Source of the DNA: the human T2T-CHM13v2.0 reference genome, Homo sapiens
Assembly: GCF_009914755.1 (NCBI RefSeq)
Contig: NC_060947.1
Length of the DNA stretch: 64,000 nucleotides
Reading direction: 5' to 3' (one strand)
In this document: positions 26,735 through 50,782 of the stretch, one piece after another
How positions within the stretch are numbered: position 1 is the first letter of the stretch
How the letters are laid out: each line of letters opens with the position of its first letter
The notes under the pieces: generated by a model
What the model saw: the letters and a program-made list of their open reading frames with translations, nothing else
Told to the model about the DNA's origin: nothing
Databases searched by the model: none
Program-made: the position numbers and the translations under genes

Positions 26735-28413
26735 GCTCTCCCTCTCCCTCTCCCTCTCCCTCTCCCGTCTCCTCACGGTCTCCCTCTCCCTCTCCCTCGT
26801 CTCCCCACGGTCTCCCTCTCCCTCTCTCTCTACGGTCTCCCTCTGATGCCGAGGGGAGGCTACACTGTAGTGCCGCCATCTCGGCTCACTGCAACCTCCC
26901 TGCCTGATTCTCCTGCTTCAGCCTGCCAAGTGCCTGGGATTGCAGGCACACGCCGCCACGCCTGACTGGTTTTCGTATTTTTTTGGTGGAGACGGGGTTT
27001 TGCCGTGTTGGCTGGGCTGGTCTCCAGCTCCTAACCACAAGTGATCTGCTAGCCTCAGCCTCCCGAGGTGCCGGGATTGCAGATGGAGTCTCGCTCACTC
27101 AGTGCTCAATGTTGCCCAGGCTGGAGTGCAGTGGCGTGATCTCGGCTCGCTACAACCTCCACCTCCCAGCCACCGGCCTTGGCCTCCCAAAGTGCCGAGA
27201 TTGCAGCCTTTGCCCAGCCACCACCCCGTCTGGGAAGCGAGGAGCGTCTCTGCCTTGCCGCCCATCGTCTGGGATGTGAGGAGCCCCTCTGCCCGGCCGC
27301 CCAGTCTGGGAAGTGAGGAGTGCCTCTTCCCGGCAGCCATCCCATCTAGGAAGTGAGGAGCGTCTCTGCCCGGCCGCCCATCGTCTGAGATGTGGGGAGC
27401 GCCTCTGCCCCGCTGCCCCGTCTGGGATGTGAGGAGCGCCTCTGGCCCGGCCACAACCCCATCTGGGAACTGAGGAGCGTCTCTGCCCCACTGCCACCCT
27501 GTCTGGGAGGTGAGGAGCATCTCTGCCCGGCCGCCCTGTCTGAGAAGTGAGGAGCCCCTCCGCCCAGCAGCCACCCAGTCTGGGAAGTGAGGAGCATCTC
27601 CGCCTGGCAGCCGCCCCCTCCAGGAGGTGGGGGACAGCCCCCGCCCGGCCAGCCACCCCTTCCGGGAGGGAGGTGGGGGGCAGCCCCCACCCGGCCAGCC
27701 GCCCCATCCAGGAGGGAGGTGGGGGGCAGCCCTCGCCCGGCCAGCCACCCCTTCCGGGAGGGAGGTGGGGGGCAGCCCCCGCCCAGCCAGCCACCCCGTC
27801 CGGGAGGGAGGTGGGGGGCGCCTCTGCCCGGCCGCCCCGTCTGGGAGGTGGGGTGCCCCTCTGCCCGGCTGCCACCCCGTCTGGGAGGTGTACCCAGCAG
27901 CTCATTGAGAACGGGCCATGATGACGATGGCAGTTTTGTCGAGTGGAAGGGGGGGAAGTGTGGGGAAAGGAAAGAGAAATCAGATTGTTGCTGTGTCTGT
28001 GTAGAAAGAAGTAGACATGGGAGACTCCATTTCGTTCTGTACTAAGAAAAATTCTTCTGCCTTGGGATGCTGTTAATCTATGGCCTTACCCCCAACCCCT
28101 TGCTCTCTGAAACATGTGCTGTGTCCACTCAGGGTAAATGGATTAAGGGCGGTGCAAGATGTGCTTTGTTAAACAGATGCTTGAAGGCAGCATGCTCCTT
28201 AAGAGTCATCACCACTCCCTAATCTCAAGTACCCAGGGACACAAAAACTGCGGAAGGCCGCAGGGTCCTCTGCCTAGGAAAACCAGAGACCCTTGTTCAC
28301 ATGTTTATCTGCTGACCTTCCCTCCGCTAATGTCCTATGACCCTGCCAAATCCCCCTCTCCGAGAAACACCCAAGAATGATCAATAAATACTAAAAAAAA
28401 AAAAAAAAAAAAA
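26735..28413 (+). mobile_element. SVA retrotransposon (CCCTCT hexamers, Alu-like, VNTR, SINE-R, polyA)
   Basis: All four SVA domains are visible. aataaa is followed by A-run 28393-28413. Confidence 0.97.
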
Positions 28414-29678
<1,265 letters not shown>

Positions 29679-30881
29679 AGAAACTACTAGTCTATATCTC
29701 TTAATTAGAATTCTAGGATTCAAATTCCAAGTTGTCAATATGCATTTCTTTAGTGTGACCTGCAGGTGGTGCTGCTGTAGTATTCCAATATAACTCAGAA
29801 AAAGAGCTAATGGAAAGAAAGCCAGGTTTAGGAAGGAAATTAATATAAATTCAAAGCCCTAAATCCAACCAGAATAAAAGATGGCATTCTTAGGTGACAG
29901 AAAACTAAAGGTTAATTCATACCCCAAAAGAATCATTTGTTCCTCATATTACCTCAGAGTGGATCTGAAATGCCATTTTCCACCCTTCTAACTTGAATGA
30001 GCTTATATGTAGATAGTCAGCAAGTCCAGATTCATCAATACCTGGGCTCTCTCAAAACACCATTGCCTTTAACCACTGAAGACCTGCCACCACCTGAAAT
30101 CTTCTCACTTCTCTTTTACAAAAAAGAGCCAAATTCAAGTAGAGGAACTTGAAAACTTGATGAACTTCTGCCATAGTTTATACATAGAGTCCTGGAGCCT
30201 GGGGATGCTGAATTAGAGTGAACACATTCCCTTTTCAAGGCTGAGCATCCTAACTGTAAGACCTAAGAATAAGTTGAAGGTCTGATACAGGAATAGAATT
30301 TTCCTCTTCTGAGAACACCTCTCAAGTAGATGATAATTTACTTGGCAAAGTGGATAATTTGGCTGTGAGCCTAGCCCAAAGATAATGTTGGCAGCACTTA
30401 TCACAGATGAAGCGCAGGGTCTCAATTGCTCCAGGAGATAAGTTTCTGGTTCTCAAGCTAGATATTTCTAAGGTCAAGCAGACATATGGCCAGGGAGTGG
30501 TGGTGGTTTGGATTACTTAGCTCTGAGCTCCAAGGTGCCACCAGAAGCAGATGCCCTTCAATAAAGCAGAGCTTCCTAGCCTGTGTGCTGCAACACAGAT
30601 ATTAATCTCCTCAGCCTTAAGTGATTGGGCAGAACCTGAGGCAGCTGGAGCCTGGACCAGTCGCCTCCCTGACCATGAGTACTTTCCTGTTTATCCTACT
30701 GTGCTGTACAAATGTTACCATTTTCTATGTGTGCTATGAATGAGAAAGGTTAGGAAGTTCTGCAATAAATTCTGCCAGGACTGGGGCAGGCCTGGACCAG
30801 GTAATTGCTGGGCCCACTAGACCCAATTCCCCAATAATGCCAAAGACCACCAATACATACAATACATGGGTATCACCAGTC

Positions 30882-30889
30882 TTTTTTAA
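30882..30889 (-). terminator. Possible relic bornaviral transcription stop/polyadenylation signal TTAAAAAA
   Basis: Lies just after EBLL-2 and before EBLN-c. Matches the U-A6/7 stop motif of bornaviruses, but it is short and could be chance. Confidence 0.3.
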
Positions 30890-32000
30890 TGTGCGGTTCA
30901 GATATCAGGGTTATGGCTGAGCCAGCCCTATTTTCCTGTCACCAGCTGCTCCAATGTTATCCAGTTATGGATTCAGGCCACGCAGCATGGTCTCTTCTTG
31001 TGGCCTGCCCACTAAGCTACTATCAACTAGGACTACTTCCCTCTCCAATCTGTATCTTCATGCACTGGTTCCTCCTCATTTGCCTCATGAAATCACATGA
31101 CCAGTGGTTCTTCAGTCCAGGGTGTCTAGGAATTTTTCTGGTTCCATGATCTAGGCTAGTGTGCCTCAGATAACACTTTGTCTTGGAAGCATGACCTCAG
31201 GGTAACATTGTTTCTTTGTGTTGATAGGTCAGTAGAATGTGATAAAATGATGGCTAACTGACCTTGTCTATAATAGAGGCAGAAAATAGTGGTGTATTTT
31301 TCTATTAGAACATGGATGTAATGTGGCTAGAAATCTCATGGAATCTTTCCTGAGGGGGGCTGCTAACCTATATGTAAGGAACAGTCTATCTTTCTACTAC
31401 ATATCTGCCTCCAATTCATACCCCCACCTAGATTAGGAGATAATTGAGAAATGCCAGCAACCCAGAATTTCCATGGAAGTCTATAGCAACACAGATACAG
31501 GTCGGAAGCCCACGGACAGTAGCCTGAGCCTATTCATATGCATAATAGTTCACAGGGGTCACCAGGCCTGTGAACACAAGGTGAGCATCTCTTCCCTAGC
31601 TTCTGTCAGTTGACTCTTGGGGCAACTGTAACTTTCCTCCATCACTCCAAATTTTCAGTAAAGGTTTATATGCCCATTCAGTCTTTTGTGGTGAACTGTG
31701 TTGAAGAAAGGTACAGGGCTTCCAAAGGAGTGTGTCTTATCCCCTTTCCTCCCACTCACTGAGGCTATGTAGATGTAGCAGCAAAAAAATCAGAGGGAAC
31801 TATAGTTCAGGACTTATAGGTGGTGACAGGGTGAAGCCAAGAGAGATATTAGCAGGGATAAGCATATGGAACAGAAGAGCAGTGCTCAAGCACAGCTCAG
31901 TGGTGGACATGAGACAAACCTCCTTTTCTTCCCCCCAAATATACCAGAGGGTAGGACTCTTGAGGAAAGAGCTTTGATACTTGAGAAATAAGCAAACATT
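30890..32000 (-). pseudogene. Endogenous bornavirus-like polymerase relic (EBLL-2), C-terminal part
   Basis: SPTLWYI..STALLFH..TLSPPIS/GPTFSFL..DSALLMD..RLSPRIN (ORF 31800-32027); LHPC/AHPC (~31318); VLVDSSLVG..KKRPCCVA..HNW/VLVEVVYYVG..RKRPVLARHPW (~31030-30965). Followed by TTAAAAAA. Confidence 0.62.
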
Positions 32001-32029
32001 ATAATCATTTTTGGGGAAAATATTCAACT

Positions 32030-32900
32030 GCTCACACTATAATAAATGTAAAACAGGTAACACTGCATATATACTATGTTTACCATTTTGAAATGATATA
32101 TCTATATCTCCACTTATTTACCAATAGATAGATAAATAGATAGGGAAATAGAAACTACATCAAAATGTGAACAAGGGTTACCTTGAGGCAGTGGGATATT
32201 GAGTGATATCTATCTAAATCTTTATACATTTTTATGTTGGAATAATAGCTTTATTGATATATAATTTATATACCATAAAATTCACCCTTTTAAATTGTAC
32301 AATTCAGTGGCTTTTAGTATGTTCATAAAAGTGTGCAACCATCACAATCAATTTTAGAACATTTTCATCACCTCCAAGAGAAACTCCATACCCATTAGCA
32401 GTCACTCCACATTCCTCCCTCCCACTACTCCGTAGCTACCACTAATCAGCTTTCTGTCTCATCTCTATGGATTTTCCTATTCTGGACACTTCGTTTAAAT
32501 AGAATCATATAATATGTGGCCTTTTGTGTTTGGTTTCCTTCACTTAATGTAATGTTTTCAAGGTTCATCCACATTGTAGCATGTATCAAAAACTTCATTT
32601 TTTTAAGGCTGAATAGCATTCCATTGTATGGATAGACCACATTTTGTTTATCCCTTCATCTGTTGATAGAAATTTAGGTTGTTTCCACTTCTTAGCTATT
32701 ATCAATGATGTTGTTACACATGTTAGTGTATCAGTCTTTGTGTGGACAAGTTTTTATTTCTCTTGGATAGATAACTACGAGTGGAATAATTGTGTTATTC
32801 GTTTGGTAACTCTATGTTTAACTTAAGAAACTGCCAAACAGTTACATTTCTTATTTTCCAAAATTTCTACTGTGAGTATCTACTGCTTTTATGATCATAA
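32030..32900 (-). mobile_element. Old L1 (L1MB/ME) 3' fragments
   Basis: Antisense L1M 3' UTR text (ataccataaaattcaccctttt..ctattctggacacttc..). Confidence 0.8.
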
Positions 32901-32969
32901 AAAATAAGCAATTCACAACAGAGAAAGAAACCACAAAAGCTTCTGTCGCCTCTCATATACTAATCAACT

Positions 32970-33125
32970 CAGAGAATCACTCCAGGCTCAGCCTGCCGCC
33001 TTCCTCTTCTCATCTTTCTTCTTGTCTGATCCACTAGTTTCTGTCCCACTGGTATTGTACCTAAATGAAAGCCATTATGTCTGGAACAAAAGAGGTAATG
33101 GGAAAGGCCCCCAGGTGAGTATGCT
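32970..33125 (-). pseudogene. Short bornavirus-like glycoprotein fragment (EBLG, copy 3)
   Basis: SPGGLSHYLF..GFHLGTIPVGQK versus BoDV-1 G [23 protein letters not shown]. Short, bounded by L1 and L2. Confidence 0.45.
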
Positions 33126-34250
33126 GAGCTTAAGAAACAACAGCAAAAAGGCTGATGTGGCTGGAGCAGAGGAAGCAAAAGAAGGAAAGAGTGGTGGGCG
33201 AGGTCACAGAGGAAATGGTGTTGGGCTGGGAAGACCTCTCTAACAAGGTAGTATTTGAGCAGATATCCTCACAAAAGCATTTTAGACAAAGGGAACAGCC
33301 AGTACAAAGGGCCTGTGGTAGAAACATGCTTGACTTGTTTGAGGAATAGGCAAGGAAGCTGGTATGGTTGGAAGGAGTAAGCAAGGGCGTCAGCAATAGC
33401 AAAAAGGGCAGAGAGTGATGGAGAGGGGCAGATTTGGTAGTGTCCTAATGGCCACCGAGAAAGTATTCATTTTCAGAGAAATAGGGAGCCATAGGAAGGT
33501 TTTGAGGAAAGGAGGGACATGATTTGGCTTATTGGGCTGCTCTGTGAGGCGATGCTGCAGAGGTGAACAGAGGCCCTCCAACTATCCGAAATTTCTGGAC
33601 CAACTCCAAATAGCCCTGTGCTTCACAAAGCCTGATATCTAGATATGTACGGATACATCAGCCAGAGGGATTTTTTTTTACTAACTTAAATTAGATTACA
33701 GCATCCTCTGTTTAACACCTTCCAGTGGCTTCCCATCACGTATTGGCTTCTCCAGTATCCTTGCCTGCAAGATCAGTGTCTGGCTTTGTCCTCATCACCT
33801 CCCACTCTCCCCTTTTCTCCCTCCCACATTGAGCTGCCTTCTTGGTTGCCCTCCCCCTACCCACTTGCCTGGCTCATTCCCACCTCAAGTCATGTGCACT
33901 TGTTCCATCTGCTGGGACACTCTTCTCTGAGCTCTTCTGATGGCTTGCTCTTTCTTATCATTCAGATCCCAGCCATTATGTCACCTCCACAAAGAGATCT
34001 TCCCTGATCACTCTCTATAAAGCAGCCGTAGAAGCCCTCCCTTTCATAACACCCTGATTTCTTCCTTCTCAGCACTTATCTTTCCATGTAATTGTCTTGA
34101 CTATTTACTTATTGTCTAAGTTCATCCCTAGAATGTGAGTTCCAGAGGATAGAGACTTTATTTTGTTCATTACTATATCCCCAAAAACCTAGGACAGTGT
34201 TGGCACATAGTAGGCAGTTAATAAATGCTTGCTGAATAGATGACTGAAAG
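33126..34250. mobile_element. L2 fragments in both orientations
   Basis: L2 text at 33126-33560 (minus) and 33660-34250 (plus, ending ..ataaatgcttgctgaatagatga). Confidence 0.7.
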
Positions 34251-34419
34251 AAAATCAAGCCTTTCCCTCTCGATTTCTCTAGCACTGCAGAGACAGTCAA
34301 GATTTTTCAAAAGAAAATGTACAAGAAAAGGAGGCTAAAAGTAAAATAAAGAAAACGCAAAAAGTATAGCAGAGCTTTACAATAAAGCATTGGTTATTTA
34401 TGAAAGAATTAGTGAGACT

Positions 34420-34705
34420 ACATCTACATAAAACCCACAGCTAACATCATACAATGGTGAAAAACTGAAAGCTTCCTGCTAAGACCAAGAACAAGATGCA
34501 GATATCCACTTTTGCCAGTTCTATTCAACATTGTACTGGAATTTCTAGCCAGGGCAATTAAGCAAGAAAAGAGAATAAAAGACATCCAGATTGGAAAGGA
34601 AGATGTAAAGCTAACTTTATTTGCAGATGGCATGATCTTGTATATAGAAAATCCTAAAGAAGCCACTAAAAACTATCAGAACTAATAGATGAGTTCAGTA
34701 AGTTT
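34420..34705 (+). mobile_element. L1M ORF2 (RT) fragment
   Basis: cccacagctaacatcata..tttgcagatggcatgatcttgtatatagaaaatcc. Confidence 0.85.
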
Positions 34706-36915
34706 GCAAGGAGCTTCCAGGGAAACAAGGGCTGGTAGGTAGGGTTTCCTGCCCCTCCCAGAGCTGCTGGGAGTTCACACTTCTTCAGGTACCATTTCTG
34801 TGGAATGAAACAGTCCAGACACACAAAGACTCTTTTTGCCTTTCTGCAAGCTCTTCCCCCGCCCCATGGCTATCGCCCCTTTGTGAAAAGGTTGAAGGAT
34901 TATAGTCTCATATCCTGTGTGCCCTGTGAGCTGTGCTAGCCAAGACAATCTTCAACCAGAGTGTAGTTATCTCAGGATAAGGAATCGGGAGTGTGTAATG
35001 CATCCTCTCCTAAGCTTTTGTATTTTCTCTCTCCCTCTCTCCCTCTCTCCCTCCCTTTCTCTGGTTTTGTTTTTCACTTGGTTTCCTAGCAAATTTCCTT
35101 TTGATAAATTCTAATATTGTTTCATCTGAACTGAAGGGAATAGGATTTGTCTACATCTCAGTCGCTGCAGGGCTAGCTTGGAGGTCAGAGGTCCCTTGAG
35201 GCTAGGTGTGGGGGTGGCTGTAGCCAGCACAGCTGGAGATGCAGGGAAGGGTTGAAGCTGTGCAAATTTGTGTTTTGGACAATGGCTTAAGATACTGGAG
35301 GGATAGACTTTTGGCTAGGGATCGAGTGCATCTCAGTAAGGAAGAATGTGGTTGCCTGGAGACTTGCCGATCTGATCAAGATGACTTTAACTGGAAAAGG
35401 TGGTGGAAGGGGGGAGCAAAACATGCCCATATCAGACTGTAAGACCAGATACTATAGACAGCAACAGACATATCAGCGACAGAAGAATAATAGTGAAAGA
35501 GACACCCAGTGATTTGCAGGAGAAAATGACTGAGAAGGAAATCGGGCATGGCGCTTCCAGCCTTGACTGTCAATATACCAGTGTGAAGAGTAAGAGCTGA
35601 AAACAAAGCAAAATGAGATTTTTCAATACGAAGAAGTAAAAAAAAATCAAAGATATCATTAAGACTTAGATGAAAGGGATTCACAACTGAAAAATATACT
35701 AACTGGCACTTTTAAAGGATAGAAGGATATGGAAGCACTAATTTTGTGGCATCCAGAGGGGCAGGTTAAGAACAGAGAATCGGGAGAGAATACTAGGGAA
35801 AATAAACAGGACTCCAAGAATTGTGGAAAATAATCGTTTGCTCACTCATTTTGTGCCCTGCAGTCCGGATAGAGCAGTGAACAAGTTGGTCAAGGTTCCT
35901 GCTCTCATGAAGCTGATACTAAGGGGAGCTAGATAATAGACACATGAACAAGTAAATTAACAAAATAAAATCAGATAGTGAAAAGGCTCACAGAAAAATA
36001 AAACTGACAGACAATGAAAGGGAGGGAGGAATTACTATAATTTGGGTGGTCCTGGATGGCCTATGTGCAGAGGTGGCTTTTGAGCTAGTAACAAAGTGAG
36101 GGAGTGAACCGTGTGAACATCTAAGGGAAGAGCATACAAGCAAAGGAAACAGCAAAGGCAAAGGACTTGACCTCTTGGAAGAAATGAAAGAAGGCAATTA
36201 TCTCAGTTTGGTTCTCTCAGATGCAGACACAGAGACAAGGATCTGAGTGCAGCTAGTTTATTGGGTGGGGTGGGAATACCAGTAGAGCAGTGGGAAAGTC
36301 AGAAAGGGAAGCAAATGCAGTCAGTAAAGGGTATGTTAATAAACCAGCTGCACAGTGGATAACGGTCTTAATACCCCAGGGAAACTCTGGGAAATGGGAC
36401 AAAACACACATCTCAGAATTACTCTATCTTCTTGGAGTCATTAATTTATGGCTGTTCTCCATGAAGAGAGTGACCTTTCAAGCTTCCAGCAAAAGCAGCC
36501 AGATACAAAGCTGTAGTGGGAGTGCACTGAAATGACAAATCTGAGGAATCTGAGAAGTAGATGACACTGTCGGCTATAACTAGTAAGCCTGGAGCAGACC
36601 AAGATCAGTTTCCAAACTAGTAGCCAGCAGAGGTGTTTGAGTTAGCCTGCAGAGTTCTCTCTTGTTTCTGTTTGTTTTATTTTGTTTTTGCTTTTTGTTA
36701 CCAATAATTAAAAATCAGATGATTTCACATTATTAATCTAGATTTCTAGTTCTCTTGGGAAAAAAGATCAAAAGATCTCATAATAGTGGATCTTCATTTG
36801 GCAAGGTGACGGTCTATTGGAACTGAGTAGCAGATGCCTCACTGAGAAGGATTATGTGCTTTCCAATTAACAAGTCTTTAAGTTTTGGATCAGTGGTCTA
36901 GGGTATTGTAGGTAG

Positions 36916-37361
36916 TGATAAGGAGTCTTAAAGCAAATTAAAATGGAGACCAGGCTTGAAGAATCCCTGAGCAGACAAAACCAGTTAGGCCTTGTAAGTG
37001 ACCTAAGCCTGGCTTGATTTGCAAACGTAAGCAAAACTTAACTTGAGCTACTTCTTGTAAATGTCTATATTTTTTAAAAAAACAGAACTTAAGCTCAATC
37101 AATTATAAACAGTCAACAAACTTGTAATTATATAACTAGGAACTTTTCAAAGGGATAAACCACATAAGACAATTGTAAAATTGTAACCAATCAAATGTTT
37201 GCTTTGCTTTGTTTCTGTGTCTGTCCTATAAAACTTCCCACTTGTGTTCCCTTGGTAGAGTTCCTGAACCACTTCTGATTTGCAGCTGCCCAGTTCATGA
37301 ATCATTGTTTGCTCAAATAAACTTTTAAAAATTGTATTATGCCTCAGTTTACTTCTTAACA
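36916..37361 (+). mobile_element. ERV1-type solo LTR (MER4-group-like) inserted in L2
   Basis: TG..CA ends, accaatca CCAAT box, cctataaaa TATA box, aataaa. Subfamily not determined. Confidence 0.7.
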
Positions 37362-39139
37362 GGAGTTAATATTTCATTCTAAGCACATGGGCAAATTGAA
37401 AGTAGGGGACTGATGCAATCTGTTCACTCTGTATGCAGAAAGAGTCAAGAGGAGAAGCAGGTAGACAAGTAAGAAGGCTGTTGTAATCCTGGGCAAGAGA
37501 TGATGGGGTCTTGGAAATGGGTTCAATGGTGAAGACAAGCAGGGAAGGAATTTGGAGTGAATGGGACAGAGTATACTGATATATAGGGTGAGGGGGAATG
37601 AGGTATTTTGTATTATAGCCAGATTTCTGGCATAAGTAGATGTGTATATAGTACTACAAATTCACTGAAATAGGGAAGACTGGAGAAGAAACTGGTTTGA
37701 GGAGAAAATCAAAAGTTCTATTTTGAACACGATACATTTAAAATGCCTATTAGACAACCAAGTGGACATATGAAACCGGATATATGAGCTGTCTCTTAGA
37801 TGTGGATCAGGAGCTCAGGGGTGAGGTGGGGGGTGGGGAGACAGGAATTTGGGAGTTATCAGAATTTAGAAATGGGACTACACCTTACGTTTCTGGCAAT
37901 ATTGTATCTGAGATATCCAGACAATAACTTTCTCTTACAAAATACCTAGAAACACTGGATGAAAGATAACAAATATCCTTTTAAATCCATTGCTGAACTC
38001 AAAAGGAAGCAAGCAAAATCCCCAAGAGCCAAAACAAAGAGCACAGCTTAAAAGAAGAGCCCTAGGCTGGTGCCACTTTATGAGTGCCCTGGAGGCAACT
38101 GTGGATTACCAACCAAGTAGAGTTTGAAGGGTTTGGCTGTTTATTCTGGACCTCCTTTTTGTTTGATTTGGGGTTGGGGAAGGCAAACTACCAATCATCA
38201 TATTTATCGTAAAAAAGGCCCTATGCAGTTTTGTTTTTTAGATTTACTTTTATTATTACCTATATTTTAAGTTATTATGCAATTAACCACTTTTATTTTT
38301 AACAGCATTATTGAGGTATAATTGCTATTCAAAAATTGCACATATTTAATGTATACAATTCAATGACTTTGGACTATACATATACTTGTGAAACCATCAC
38401 CATTTCCATCACCTACAAAAGTCTCCTTGTGTCTCAATTTTTGGTGGTAAGAACACTTAACATGAAATCCACCCTCTTAACAAATTCTTAAGTGTACAGT
38501 ACAGTATTGTTGACTATAGGCACTATGCTGTAAAGCAGAACTTTAGAAAGAATGCATCTTGCATAATTGAAACTTTATACCAGTTAAACTCCCTATTTTC
38601 CCCTCCCTCAAGTCCCTGGTAACCACAGTTCTATTCTCTGCTTCTCTAAGTGTGACTAATTTAGGTACCTCATATAAGTGGAATCATGAATATTTGTCCT
38701 TCTGTGACTGGCTTATTTCACGTAGCATAATGTTCTCCAGGTTCATCCACACTGTTTCAAATCACAGGATTTCCTTCTTTTTAAAGGATGAGTAATATCA
38801 TATCATATATGTATATATCACATTTTCTTTATCCATTCATCTGTCGATGGACACTTGTGTCATTTCCATAACTTGGCTATTGTGAATAATGGTGCAGTGA
38901 ACACGGGCATGCAAATATCTCTTCAAGATCCTGATATCAGTTTTTTTTGGATATATACCCAGAAGTGGAACTACTGGATCATGTGGTAGTTCTACTTTTT
39001 AAAATTTCTTGAAAAACTTCTGTGCTTTTATCAGTAGCATCTGCACTATTTTATATTCCCACCGTGTGGAAGGGTTCCAATTTCTCCACATCCTTGCCAA
39101 CACTTGTTATCTTTTGCTTTTTTTATTTTAATATCTTCT

Positions 39140-41722
<2,583 letters not shown>

Positions 41723-42009
41723 CTACCAGAGGTACAAGGAGGATCTTTTGCTTTTTGATAATAGCCATCCTAACTGATGTGAGACTGTATGTCATTGTGA
41801 TTTTGATGTGCATTTCCCTGATGATTAGTGATGTTGAACATCTTTCCATATACCGGATGTCCATCTGTATATCTTCTTTGGAGAAATGTCTATTCAAGTC
41901 CTTTGCCCATTTTTAAACCGGTTTTTTTTAATTGAGCTGTAGGGCGTTCTTATGTATTTTGTATATTTTTGTTTGTTTTACATTTGGAATTTAATTTTTA
42001 TTTTATTAT

Positions 42010-49865
<7,856 letters not shown>

Positions 49866-50441
49866 TTGTATTTTGGATATTAAGTTTTTATCAGTACCAT
49901 CATAAAAACAGACCTATAGACCAATGGAACAGAATAGAGAGCACAGAATTAGACGCACACATCTATAGTTAACTGATCTTCAACCAAGGTACCAAGAATA
50001 CACAACAGGGAAAGGACAGTGTCTTCAACAAATAGTGTTGGGAAAACTCAATACCTGCATGCAAAAGAATGAAATTAGACCCTTATCTTACACCTTACAC
50101 AAAAATAAACTCAAAATGGGTTAAACATTTAAACATAAAATCTGATACTAAAACTCCTAAAAGAAAACATAGAGGAAAAGCTTTATGACATTGGTCATAA
50201 TTAACGAATTTAAAGTAAAACTTTAATTAAATTAACTCTAATTAAAGTAAACTAACTCTAACTAAAGTAAAAATTTGGCAAAACGAAAAAACAATTTTTA
50301 ACTTTAAGATACCAATGACCTCTCATTACTTATTTTTCCATATCCAAACCTGGGCCTCAGTTCTTTTTCTATTTTCCGAAAGTTAATTTGTATTGAAGTA
50401 TAACATATAAATAGAAAAGTGTATATATCTTAAGTGTCTAG

Positions 50442-50782
<341 letters not shown>

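Noticed and set aside
21968-28045. Long GC-rich ORFs (up to 251 aa) in LTR12, the L1 5' UTR and the SVA VNTR
   Set aside because: They are stop-poor low-complexity repeat sequence, open in several frames at once, and not genes.
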